From contig JBBAVS010000001.1 in the NCBI GenBank assembly GCA_040397585.1, forward strand, positions 28,156 through 73,048: a stretch of 44,893 bases of DNA, in the 5' to 3' direction. Below the pieces are notes generated by a model. That model saw only the letters and a program-made list of their open reading frames with translations, was not told the origin of the DNA and ran no database searches. Positions 16,447 through 25,527 of this stretch are shown one piece after another. Within the stretch, counting starts at the first letter, position 1, and the number at the start of each line of letters is the position of its first letter. Position numbers and translations under genes: made by a program. The DNA comes from Pirellulales bacterium (GTDB lineage Bacteria > Planctomycetota > Planctomycetia > Pirellulales > UBA1268).

Positions 16447-17366
16447 TCGCCGACTCCTCGCCATGCCGTGGTGTGGACCGTGACCGCGCCCCGGAGCGCC
16501 CGCGGGGCCCGCGCGAACCGCGCTTGAAATGCCGCGTTGAAGCGGGTGAGGCTGCCGAAGCCGCTCGCGAAGGCGATGTCGGCGATGGGACGGGTCGTGT
16601 TGGCGACGAGTTGGTGGGCGTGGGCGAGCCGCGCGTCGGTCACGAAGGCGACGAAGGTCTTACCCGTGTGCCTGAGAAACTGGCGGCAAAAGGTGGCCCG
16701 GCTCATGCCGCTCCGCCGCACGGCCTCGTCGAGCGTGAGCGGCTCGGAAAACCGCTCGAGGATCCACTGCACCACGCGGTCCATCCGCGGCCTGGCGGCG
16801 CCGTCTTCCACGGCGGTCACGCGCGCCTGACTGAGCGGCACGGCGTCCGCGTGCTGCGTGTGCTGGAGCAGGGCCAGCAGTTCCAGGAGCAGCCCCGTGC
16901 GGGCCAGTTTGCCGTCCGCCGCCATGCGGTCGAGCAGGGCGAGGGCGGCCGCGGCGACGGCGGGGCCGAAGCTCAGGCCGTGACCTGCGGCGCCGGCCAG
17001 CCGCCGCACCTCGTGGCCCCCGCCGAGGTGGTCGAGCACGAGGTCGGGAGGCAGGTGGAACTGCAGGGCGAATCCGGTGGTGCGGCCCTGTTCCATCCAG
17101 CAGTGCGGCAGGTGGCTGCCGACGAGGACGCAGTCCATGTCGGCGAACGCCTGCACGTGATCGCCGACGTAGCGGAGCCCGGCCCCGCGCGTGATGACGG
17201 TAAACTCGAGCTCCGCGTGGCTGTGCCAGCGGCTGCCCATGCCGGCCTCCGGCGTTATCCGGCCGCCGGCCTCCAAGGCCAGCGGAATCCGGGCGTTCCC
17301 GTCCCAGCGCAGCAGGCGCAGGAGTTCCCCTGGGGCGAAGCGGATGCTCTCGAGCAGGACAGCCAT
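16443..17366 (-). CDS. AraC-family transcriptional regulator (cupin sensor + HTH)
   Basis: WHSHAELEF...G.RYVGD...LVGSHLPHCW (cupin) and MSRATFCRQF...IAFASGFGSLTRFNAAF (HTH). Confidence 0.92.
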   Translation of the reverse strand: MAVLLESIRFAPGELLRLLRWDGNARIPLALEAGGRITPEAGMGSRWHSHAELEFTVITRGAGLRYVGDHVQAFADMDCVLVGSHLPHCWMEQGRTTGFALQFHLPPDLVLDHLGGGHEVRRLAGAAGHGLSFGPAVAAAALALLDRMAADGKLARTGLLLELLALLQHTQHADAVPLSQARVTAVEDGAARPRMDRVVQWILERFSEPLTLDEAVRRSGMSRATFCRQFLRHTGKTFVAFVTDARLAHAHQLVANTTRPIADIAFASGFGSLTRFNAAFQARFARAPRALRGAVTVHTTAWRGVGE

Positions 17367-17407
17367 GGCCCGTAATTTATCACTTTGAGCCCCGGCTTGC
17401 CTCGGGA

Positions 17408-17437
17408 CGTGAGACGATCCGGGCAGTGCGTGAGACG
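17408..17437 (+). promoter_or_regulatory. Putative AraC operator: CGTGAGACG direct repeat with 21-bp period
   Basis: CGTGAGACG at 17408-17416 and 17429-17437, between the divergent regulator and the operon. A 21-bp period is typical of AraC-family half-sites. Confidence 0.6.
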
Positions 17438-17489
17438 CCGCGGTGAGATGGGCCGGCCTCCACCTGTCATGATCGCCCGCATCACGAGC

Positions 17490-18650
17490 ATGGCAAGCAC
17501 GATGCGGACTTTCGAAAACCACCTCCCGCGCCGGGTGATCACGGGCCGCGGCACGTCGGAGGGACTGCTGCCCATCTGCCAGGTCCACGGCTGGCGGCGG
17601 GTGTTTCTGGCGAGCGACGCCGGCGTGGAGGCCGCGGGCCTCACGGGCAGGGTGGCGCGGCCCCTCGAGGCCGCGGGCTTGCTCGCCGACACGTTCTCCG
17701 CGGTGCCGCCCGAGCCGCCGATCGCGGTCGTCGATGAGCTCGCGTCGCGAATCGTCTCGGCCAAGGCCGACGCGGTGCTCGCCCTCGGGGGCGGGAGCGT
17801 GATGGACGCTGTGAAGGTGGCATCGTTGTGCGCCCGGCACGGCAAGCCCGCCCGGGAATTTCTCGGCATCGGCAAGGCGGGCGGCCGCGGCCTGCCCACC
17901 GTGCTCATCCCCACCACGGCGGGCACGGGCTCGGAAGCGACCTTCGTGGCGATCCTGACGGACGACACGACGGGCAACAAGTCGGGCGTGGTCGATCCGT
18001 GCCTCCTGCCCGACATCGCGATCGTCGACCCGGCCCTCACCGACGGGCTTCCGCAGCACGTGACCGCCGCGGCGGGCATGGACGCCATGGTGCACGCGGT
18101 GGAGGCCTTCATCGCGCGGAATGCGACGCCGATCGCCCGGGGGCTGGCCCTCGAGGCGGCTCGACACCTCGGACGCTGGCTGGAGGTCGCGTGCCGCGAT
18201 CCCGGCTGCCACGAGGCCCGCGACGGCATGGCGATCGGATCGCACCTCGCCGGTATGGCCTTCGCAAACGCGTCGTGCTGTGCGGTGCACGCGCTGGCGC
18301 TGCCGCTGGGGGGCCGATTCCACATCCCTCACGGCGTGATCACCGGCTGCTTCGTCGGCGAGATGATGCGGCATAACGCGCCGGTCAGCGCGGCTGATTT
18401 CACCCTGTTCGGCGCGGCGCTCGGCTGGGGCGCACTCCCGGCCGACGCGTTCGCCGACAGGCTCGACGCCATCGCCACCGACATCGGCCTGCGGGCCGCC
18501 TTAAGGCGGACGTCGGTGCCGGCCGCGGTGATCCCGGAGATGGCCGCCGCCGCCGTGGCGAACCGGCGGCTCATGGATCCCAATCCGCGGGAAGTGACCG
18601 TCGCCGACGCCAGCCGCATCTATCAGACCGTCCTCCAGAGCGTGCCATGA
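17490..18650 (+). CDS. Iron-containing alcohol dehydrogenase family protein
   Basis: LGGGSVMD, IPTTAGTGSE, DAMVHAVEA, VHALA, HG metal ligands. Start at 17490 or 17502. Confidence 0.9.
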   Translation: MASTMRTFENHLPRRVITGRGTSEGLLPICQVHGWRRVFLASDAGVEAAGLTGRVARPLEAAGLLADTFSAVPPEPPIAVVDELASRIVSAKADAVLALGGGSVMDAVKVASLCARHGKPAREFLGIGKAGGRGLPTVLIPTTAGTGSEATFVAILTDDTTGNKSGVVDPCLLPDIAIVDPALTDGLPQHVTAAAGMDAMVHAVEAFIARNATPIARGLALEAARHLGRWLEVACRDPGCHEARDGMAIGSHLAGMAFANASCCAVHALALPLGGRFHIPHGVITGCFVGEMMRHNAPVSAADFTLFGAALGWGALPADAFADRLDAIATDIGLRAALRRTSVPAAVIPEMAAAAVANRRLMDPNPREVTVADASRIYQTVLQSVP

Positions 18651-19762
18651 GCAGTGATCCGTTGTCCATCGTGGCCCTCGCGGGCGACGGCATCGGTCCC
18701 GAGGTGATGCGGGAGGCCGTGCTCGTGCTCAGGGCGGTCGAGCGGCTGTTCGACCTGCCGCTGCGGATCACGGAGGCTCCCGTGGGCTGGGCGGCGATCG
18801 ACAGCGTGGGGCGGGCGTTGCCGGACGACGTGCTCGCGCTGTGCCGGTCGAGCGACGCCATCCTGTTCGGATCGGTGGGCCTGCCCGACCGCGACGACAC
18901 GGTGCCCAAGGAGCAGCGGCCGGAGCGGGCCGCGCTCTTGCGGCTGCGGCAGGAGTTCGAACTCTTCGCGAACCTCCGGCCCGTGCGGCTCTATCCCGAG
19001 TTGGAGCACGCCTGCCCGCTCAAGCGGGAGCGGACCGCCGACGGCGTGGACATGCTCGTGATCCGCGAACTGACCGGCGGGCTGTACTTCGGCCAGCCCA
19101 AGGAGACGACGCTCCTCGCGGACGGCCAGCGGCGGGCCGTCGATTCGATGGTCTACACGACGAACGAGATCGCCCGCATCGCCCGCGTGGCGTTCCGCGA
19201 GGCGCAGCGTCGCCGTCGCCGCGTGACCAGCGTGGACAAGGCAAACGTCCTCGAGTCGAGCATTCTCTGGCGGGAGGTCGTCAGCGAGGTGGGGAGGGAG
19301 TTTCCCGACGTGACACTCGAGCACATGCTGGCCGACAACGCGTCGATGCAGATGCTCCTGCGGCCGGGCCACTTCGACGTGCTGCTCTGCGAAAACACCT
19401 TCGGCGACCTGCTCAGCGACGAGGCCGCGGCGCTGGCCGGCTCCCTCGGCATGCTGCCGAGCGCGAGCCTCAACGCGGAAGGGGGCTCCGGGCGGGCCTT
19501 CGGGCTCTACGAGCCGGCCGGCGGCACCGCGCCGGACATCGCCGGCCGGGGCATCGCCAATCCCATCGCCCAGATCCTGTCGGCGGCCCTCCTGTTACGG
19601 CACAGCCTCAGCCACGACGCGGCCGCCCGTGCCGTGGAGCGGGCCGTCGCGGCGGTCATCGCCGACGGGAAGCGGACGGGCGACATCCGCGTCGCCACCG
19701 ACCCTCCCGCCGCCGGCACCCGCGAGATGGGCGAGGCGATCATCGCCCACCTGCACCCATGA
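18647..19762 (+). CDS. leuB: 3-isopropylmalate dehydrogenase (beta-decarboxylating dehydrogenase)
   Basis: GDGIGPEV, PERAALLRLR, ANLRP, RELTGGLYFG, VDKANV, FGDLLSDEAA, EPAGGTAPDIAG, ANPIAQILS. Confidence 0.85.
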   Translation: MSSDPLSIVALAGDGIGPEVMREAVLVLRAVERLFDLPLRITEAPVGWAAIDSVGRALPDDVLALCRSSDAILFGSVGLPDRDDTVPKEQRPERAALLRLRQEFELFANLRPVRLYPELEHACPLKRERTADGVDMLVIRELTGGLYFGQPKETTLLADGQRRAVDSMVYTTNEIARIARVAFREAQRRRRRVTSVDKANVLESSILWREVVSEVGREFPDVTLEHMLADNASMQMLLRPGHFDVLLCENTFGDLLSDEAAALAGSLGMLPSASLNAEGGSGRAFGLYEPAGGTAPDIAGRGIANPIAQILSAALLLRHSLSHDAAARAVERAVAAVIADGKRTGDIRVATDPPAAGTREMGEAIIAHLHP

Positions 19763-21237
19763 GTCTCAAGACGCTCCCCGACTTCTGGTTCGAGCCGCAT
19801 CCCTGGATCGACGGCCGCTGGTGCCCGGGCGCCGAGTCCGTCGCCGTCCGGAATCCCGCGACCACGGCCCCGCTCGCGGATGTGTCGCGGGCGGACCCCG
19901 CGGCGGTCACGCGGGCCATCGAGGGAGCGGTCAAGGCCCAACGGTCGTGGCGGGGCGTGTCCGCCGCCGAGCGCGGCAACGTGCTCAAGCGGATCGCGGC
20001 CCTGCTCCTTGCGCGGAAGGACGAGTTCGCGCGGCTGCTCACGGCCGAGCAGGGCAAGCCCTACGCCCAGGCCGCGGGCGAGGTGGAATACGCGGCGAGC
20101 TTCTTTCAGTGGTTCGGCGAGGAGGCGCGGCGGGTGTATGGCCGCATCGCCCCCCATCCGGAGGCGGGCCGCGAGTTTCTCATCGAGCACCGGCCGGCCG
20201 GCGTCGCCGGTCTGATCACGCCCTGGAACTTCCCGCTCGCGCAGGGGGCCAAGAAGGTCGCCGCCGCGGTGGCGGCCGGCTGCGCGTGCGTGTGGAAGCC
20301 GGCGGAGCTGACGCCGCTCATCGCGCTGGCCACGGCGCCGCTGATGCGGGAGGCGGGCCTGCCCGACGGGGTGGTGCAGATCGTGCCCGGCCGCGGGTCC
20401 GTGATCGGCGCGGTGCTCGCCGAGCATCCCGCCGTGCGGGTGCTCAGCCTCACCGGCTCCACCGCCACCGGCAGCGCGCTCATGACGGCCGCCGCGGGCG
20501 GAATCAAGCGGCTGTCGCTCGAACTCGGCGGCAACGCCCCCTTCATCGTCCTGCCCGACGCCGACCTCGATGTCGTCGCCGACCAGCTCACGCGGCTCAA
20601 GTTGCTGGTCTCGGGGCAGGTGTGCGTCACCGCCAACCGCATCTTCGTGCACGAGGCCGCGGAGGCCGCGCTCGCGGAGCGGCTCGCGGCCCGCGTCAGC
20701 GCGGCTCGGCTGGGAGATGGCCTCGTCGACGGCGTGGAGGCCGGGCCGCTCATCCATCGCCAGGCGTGCGGGGAGGTGGGAGCGCTCGTCGAGCAGGCGC
20801 GGGCCGCCGGCGCCCGCGTCGTGTGTGAAAACCGCAGCTTCGAACGCGACCCGGCGCTCCGCGAAGGCAGCTTCTTCCCTCCCACGGTGCTCATCGGCGT
20901 CCGCGACGAGATGCGGGTGGCCCGGGAGGAAATCTTCGGCCCGGTGATTCCGCTCTTGCGCTACACGAGCCTCGCCGACGCCGTCCGCCGCGCGAACGAA
21001 ACCCCCTTCGGGCTCGCGGCCTACGTCTACGGCTCCGACCTCGCCCAGTGCCGGGCGGTGGCGGAGGCGCTCGAGGCCGGCATCGTGGGCGTCAACGAAT
21101 GGCGGCCGCTGAAGGCGGAGATTCCCTTCGGCGGCATGAAGCAAAGCGGCATCGGCGCGGAAGGGGGCCAGGAAGGCATCCGCGAGTTCCTCGACCTGCA
21201 GGTCATCTCCCTGCCCAAGCCCGTCATCGCGTCATGA
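19759..21237 (+). CDS. NAD(P)-dependent aldehyde dehydrogenase (succinate-semialdehyde dehydrogenase-like)
   Basis: ITPWNFP, KPAELTP, TGST, LELGGNAP, GQVC (catalytic Cys), EEIFGPV, PFGGMKQSGIG. ATGA overlap with leuB. Confidence 0.9.
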   Translation: MSLKTLPDFWFEPHPWIDGRWCPGAESVAVRNPATTAPLADVSRADPAAVTRAIEGAVKAQRSWRGVSAAERGNVLKRIAALLLARKDEFARLLTAEQGKPYAQAAGEVEYAASFFQWFGEEARRVYGRIAPHPEAGREFLIEHRPAGVAGLITPWNFPLAQGAKKVAAAVAAGCACVWKPAELTPLIALATAPLMREAGLPDGVVQIVPGRGSVIGAVLAEHPAVRVLSLTGSTATGSALMTAAAGGIKRLSLELGGNAPFIVLPDADLDVVADQLTRLKLLVSGQVCVTANRIFVHEAAEAALAERLAARVSAARLGDGLVDGVEAGPLIHRQACGEVGALVEQARAAGARVVCENRSFERDPALREGSFFPPTVLIGVRDEMRVAREEIFGPVIPLLRYTSLADAVRRANETPFGLAAYVYGSDLAQCRAVAEALEAGIVGVNEWRPLKAEIPFGGMKQSGIGAEGGQEGIREFLDLQVISLPKPVIAS

Positions 21238-22994
21238 AGCTCCGCTCCGAGCAGTGGTGGAACGACCCGGCGAATCCGGGGATGACGGCGCTCTACCTGG
21301 AGCGGTTCCTCAACTACGGCCTCACGCCCGGGGAGCTGCAGGGCAGCCGGCCGGTCATCGGCATCGCCCAGAGTGCCAACGACCTGGCGCCGTGCAACCG
21401 GGCCCATCTCCAGACGGTCACGCGGCTGTGTGACGGCGTGCGGGATGCGGGGGGCGTGCCGTTCGTGTTCCCCATGCACCCGCTCCAGGAGTCGGTGCGG
21501 CGGCCGACGGCGGCACTCGACCGGAACCTCGCCTACCTGGGCCTCGTGGAGGTGCTGCACGGCTATCCGCTGGACGGCGTCGTGTTCACGACCGGCTGCG
21601 ACAAGACCACGCCCGCCGCGCTGATGGCCGCCTGCACCGCCGACCTGCCGGCGCTCGTCTTCAACGGCGGCCCGATGCTCAACAGCTACCTCGACGGCGA
21701 GCTCGCCGGCGCGGGCACGATCATCTGGGAGGCACGCCGGAGGTTCGCCGCCGGCGAGATCGACGGGAGAAAGTTCACGGAACTGCTCATGGGTTCCGCG
21801 CCGAGCGCCGGCCACTGCAACGTGATGGGTACCGCACTCTCGATGAACTGTCTCGCGGAGGCGATGGGCATGGCCCTGCCGGGCAGCGCGAGCATTCCGG
21901 CGCCCTACCGGGAACGCGGCCAGATGGCGTATGCGACGGGCGTGCGGATCGTGGGGATGGTCCGCGAGGACCTGCGGCCGTCGCGGATCATCACCCGCAC
22001 CGCGCTCGTGAACGCGATCCGCGTGAACACGGCCATCGGTGGCAGCACGAACTGCCCGCCGCACTTGCTCGCCATCGCCCGCCACGCCGGCGTCGAGCTG
22101 CGGATCGAGGACTGGGAGACCGAGGGCTACGACCTGCCGCTGCTCGTCGATCTCCAGCCTGCGGGCCGGCATCTGGGCGAGGATTTCCACCGGGCCGGAG
22201 GCCTGCCCGTCGTGGTCGGCGAGCTGCTTCGGCACGGCCTGCTCGACGGCGACGCGCTCACCGTCACGGGTCGCAGCCTGGCCGAGAACGTCGCTGCCGC
22301 ACCGGACCCGGACGGGGCGGTGATCCGCAGCGTCGCCGCTCCGCTCCGCACCCGGGCGGGCTTCCTCGTGCTCTCCGGCAACCTCTTCGCGGCCGCCCTC
22401 CTCAAGACGAGCGTGATCAGCGAGGACTTCCGGCGGCGGTATCTCAGCACGCCGGGCGACGAGAACGCCTTCGAATGCCAGGCCGTCGTGTTCGACGGAC
22501 CGGAGGATTATCACGCCCGGTTGAACGACCCGGCTCTCGCCATCGACGAGCGGACGATCCTCGTGATCCGCGGCTGCGGCACGCTCGGCTTCCCCGGGAG
22601 TGGCGAGGTGGTGAACATGCAGCCGCCCGATGCCATGCTGCGGGCCGGCGTCCGCGAACTGCCCACCATGGGCGACGGCCGGCAGAGCGGCACCGCCGCC
22701 AGTCCGTCGATCCTCAATGCCTCCCCGGAGGCTTTCGCTGGTGGGGGTCTCGCGCGACTCCGCACGGGCGACCGAGTGCGGGTGGACCTCAACGCCCGCC
22801 GCGTCACCGCGCTCGTGCCCGAGACCGAATGGGAGGCCCGAGACACCGCCGCATGGGACGTCGCCCCGGCCTCGGCCACGCCCTGGCAGCAGCTCTACCG
22901 CGACCACGTCGGCCAGCTGCACACGGGCGGATGCCTGGAATTCGCCTGCGCTTACCGGGCGGTCTGCGGCACCGTGCCGCGGCACAACCACTGA
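21234..22994 (+). CDS. xylD: IlvD/Edd-family sugar-acid dehydratase, D-xylonate dehydratase-like
   Basis: MTALYLERFLNYG, PCN, RRPTAALDRNL, GCDKTTP, GHCNVMGTA, GGSTN, GDGRQSGT and terminal PRHNH, resembling Caulobacter XylD as recalled. Substrate not proven. Confidence 0.82.
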   Translation: MKLRSEQWWNDPANPGMTALYLERFLNYGLTPGELQGSRPVIGIAQSANDLAPCNRAHLQTVTRLCDGVRDAGGVPFVFPMHPLQESVRRPTAALDRNLAYLGLVEVLHGYPLDGVVFTTGCDKTTPAALMAACTADLPALVFNGGPMLNSYLDGELAGAGTIIWEARRRFAAGEIDGRKFTELLMGSAPSAGHCNVMGTALSMNCLAEAMGMALPGSASIPAPYRERGQMAYATGVRIVGMVREDLRPSRIITRTALVNAIRVNTAIGGSTNCPPHLLAIARHAGVELRIEDWETEGYDLPLLVDLQPAGRHLGEDFHRAGGLPVVVGELLRHGLLDGDALTVTGRSLAENVAAAPDPDGAVIRSVAAPLRTRAGFLVLSGNLFAAALLKTSVISEDFRRRYLSTPGDENAFECQAVVFDGPEDYHARLNDPALAIDERTILVIRGCGTLGFPGSGEVVNMQPPDAMLRAGVRELPTMGDGRQSGTAASPSILNASPEAFAGGGLARLRTGDRVRVDLNARRVTALVPETEWEARDTAAWDVAPASATPWQQLYRDHVGQLHTGGCLEFACAYRAVCGTVPRHNH

Positions 22995-23040
22995 CCAACC
23001 CGTACACTCCCGGCCCTCAATCCCCATAAGAACGCCACCC

Positions 23041-23898
23041 ATGAAACTCATCCGCTGCGGTGCTCCCGGACACGAACGCCCCGGTCTCCTCCTCGACGAT
23101 GGCCGGCGGATCGACGCCTCCGCCTTCGGCGGCGATTACAACGAGGCCTTCTTCGGCGGCGACGGCCTTGACCGGCTTGCGGCGTGGTCCCGCAAGAATT
23201 CGGCAAGCGCGCCGACCGTCGCTCCTGCCGAGCGGCTCGGCCCCTGCATCGCCCGGCCCAGCAAGATCGTCTGCATCGGCCTGAATTTCGCCGACCACGC
23301 CCGGGAATCCGGGGCGGAGATCCCCAAGGAGCCGATCCTGTTCTTCAAGAGCACGACCGCGCTGTGCGGACCGAACGACGACGTATTCATCCCCCGCGGC
23401 TCGCGGAAGACCGACTGGGAAGTGGAACTGGCCGTCGTCATCGGTAGCCGGGCATCATACGTGGCCGAGGCCGACGCCATGAGCCACGTGGCAGGCTACG
23501 CCCTGCACAACGACTACAGCGAGCGGGAGTGGCAGCTGGAGCGCGGCGGCCAGTGGGTGAAGGGCAAGAGCTGCGACACGTTCGCTCCGCTCGGCCCGTT
23601 TCTCGCCACGCGTGACGAGATCGCCGACCCGCACGCCCTGCCCATGTGGCTGTCGGTCAACGGCGTGAAGCGGCAGAACAGCAGCACGGAGCAGATGATC
23701 TTCGGCGTGCCGCGGCTCATCAGCTACATCAGCCAGTTCATGACCCTCCTCCCCGGCGACGTCATCAGCACCGGCACCCCGCCCGGGGTCGGGCTCGGAC
23801 TCAAGCCGACGCCGGTGTTCCTCGCGGCCGGCGACGTCGTGGAGCTCGGCATCGAGGGGCTCGGCGAGTCGAAGCAGCACGCCGTCGCCTGCCCATGA
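23041..23898 (+). CDS. Fumarylacetoacetate-hydrolase family protein (2,4-diketo-3-deoxy-acid hydrolase-like)
   Basis: KIVCIGLNF, DWEVEL, NDYSER, WVKGKS, PGDVISTGTPPGVG. Confidence 0.9.
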   Translation: MKLIRCGAPGHERPGLLLDDGRRIDASAFGGDYNEAFFGGDGLDRLAAWSRKNSASAPTVAPAERLGPCIARPSKIVCIGLNFADHARESGAEIPKEPILFFKSTTALCGPNDDVFIPRGSRKTDWEVELAVVIGSRASYVAEADAMSHVAGYALHNDYSEREWQLERGGQWVKGKSCDTFAPLGPFLATRDEIADPHALPMWLSVNGVKRQNSSTEQMIFGVPRLISYISQFMTLLPGDVISTGTPPGVGLGLKPTPVFLAAGDVVELGIEGLGESKQHAVACP

Positions 23899-24701
23899 CC
23901 GCACATCACCACGCCATGCGTCTGCAAAACCAAGCCATCCTCATCACCGGCAGCACCACCGGCATCGGTGCCGCGATGGCGCGACGCTTCGTGGAGGAGG
24001 GGGCCCGCGTCGTCCTCCACGGCCGCGACGCGGCGCGCGGCGAGAGCCTGCGGCGGGAGCTCGGGACGGACCGCGCCGCGTTCCTGACGGGCGACCTGGC
24101 CGACGAGCGGTGCCCGGCGGAGCTCGCCGCCGCCGCCGTGGCCTGCTTCGGCGGGCTCGACGCGCTCGTCAACAACGCGGCCTTGACGGCGCGGGCCGAC
24201 GTCGCCGACACCGACACGGCCTTCTTCGACCGCATGATCGCCGTCAATCTGCGGGCGCCCCTGATGCTCATCCGGGCGCTCCTGCCCGCGCTCCGGAAGT
24301 CGCAGGGCTGCGTGCTCAACATCGGCAGCGTGCTCGCGCACTGCGGGCAGTCGAATATGCTCGCCTACTCCGTCAGCAAGGGTGGGCTGATGACGCTGAC
24401 CCGCAACCTCGCCGACGCGCTCGGCCCGCAGCGGGTGCGGGTCAACCAGATGAACGTGGGCTGGACGCTGACCGACAACGAATACGCCACCAAGCGGGCC
24501 GACGGGCTGCCGGAGAACTGGCCCGACACGCTCCCGGCCTACGCCGTCCCCTCGGGACAGCTCCTCACGCCCGAGGGCATCGCCGAGGCCGCCATCTACT
24601 GGGTCAGTCCCGTCAGCCGTCCAATCAGCGGCACCGTGTTCGAAGCCGAGCAGTATCCGATGATCGGCCGCATCCCGAACCAGGAAGGAAAGTCGTCATG
24701 A
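23895..24701 (+). CDS. SDR-family oxidoreductase
   Basis: TGSTTGIG, LVNNA, YSVSK. ATGA overlap with the FAH gene; alternative start at 23916. Confidence 0.9.
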   Translation: MTAHHHAMRLQNQAILITGSTTGIGAAMARRFVEEGARVVLHGRDAARGESLRRELGTDRAAFLTGDLADERCPAELAAAAVACFGGLDALVNNAALTARADVADTDTAFFDRMIAVNLRAPLMLIRALLPALRKSQGCVLNIGSVLAHCGQSNMLAYSVSKGGLMTLTRNLADALGPQRVRVNQMNVGWTLTDNEYATKRADGLPENWPDTLPAYAVPSGQLLTPEGIAEAAIYWVSPVSRPISGTVFEAEQYPMIGRIPNQEGKSS

Positions 24702-25483
24702 CAGGCAGCGCCTTCGATCTCGCCGGAAAGACCGCCGTCATCACCGGGGGCGCCTCCGGGATCGGCCTCGCCATCGCCCGCCGGTTCGCCGCCCACCATG
24801 CCGCCGTCGAGATCATCGACCTGCAGCAGGCAAACCTCGACGCCGCCGTGGCCGAACTCCGCGGCGCCGGATACGACGCGCAGGGCGAGAGCTGCGACGT
24901 GGGCGACCCGGCCTCCGTCGACGCGGCGTTCGCCCGCATCCTCGCGCGGCGGGGCCGCGTGCACATCCTCGTGAACAACGCCGGCATCGCGCACGTCGGC
25001 AACGCCCTCACCACATCTCCCGAGGACTTCGCCCGCATCCAGCGGGTGAACGTGAACGGGGTGGCGCACTGCAGCCAGGCCGCGCTGCGGCACATGACGG
25101 CACACGGCGGTGGCGTGATCCTCAACATGGCGTCCACTGTGGCGCAGAGCGCCATTCCCGACCGGTTCGCCTACGCCACCAGCAAGGGCGCGGTGCTCGC
25201 GATGACCTACGCCATCGCCAAGGATTTCCTGGCCCACGGCGTCCGCTGCAACGCGCTCATGCCGGGGCGGGTGCACACGCCCTTCGTCGACGGCTTCATC
25301 GCCAAGAACTACCCCGGCCGCGAGGCGGAGATGTTCGAGCGGCTGTCGCTGGCCCAGCCGATCGGCCGCATGGGCAAACCCGACGAAATCGCCGTCGCCG
25401 CCCTGTTCCTCTGCAGCGACGAGGCGAGCTTCATCACCGGCAGCGCCTACCCTGTCGACGGCGGCACACTCACCCTGCGTTGA
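24698..25483 (+). CDS. SDR-family oxidoreductase, 2-keto-3-deoxy-sugar-acid (KDF-type) dehydrogenase-like
   Basis: TGGASGIG, VNNAG, DRFAYATSKGAV, VHTPFVDGF, QPIGRMG. ATGA overlap with the preceding gene. Confidence 0.85.
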   Translation: MTGSAFDLAGKTAVITGGASGIGLAIARRFAAHHAAVEIIDLQQANLDAAVAELRGAGYDAQGESCDVGDPASVDAAFARILARRGRVHILVNNAGIAHVGNALTTSPEDFARIQRVNVNGVAHCSQAALRHMTAHGGGVILNMASTVAQSAIPDRFAYATSKGAVLAMTYAIAKDFLAHGVRCNALMPGRVHTPFVDGFIAKNYPGREAEMFERLSLAQPIGRMGKPDEIAVAALFLCSDEASFITGSAYPVDGGTLTLR

Positions 25484-25527
25484 ACAGTGTCACAAAAGCC
25501 GTCTTCATTCGTCTCTCATTCGAGCAC

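Noticed and set aside
18841-21237. 798-aa aldehyde dehydrogenase fusion
   Set aside because: The first ~306 codons are an off-frame reading of leuB; the real start is 19759. The same artefact extends ORFs 16443-18374, 22630, 23646, 24110 and 39610-40704.
18647-22994. Branched-chain amino acid biosynthesis operon (leuB + ilvD)
   Set aside because: The IlvD-family protein has sugar-acid dehydratase (XylD-like) termini and motifs, the neighbours are catabolic, and no other leu/ilv genes are present.
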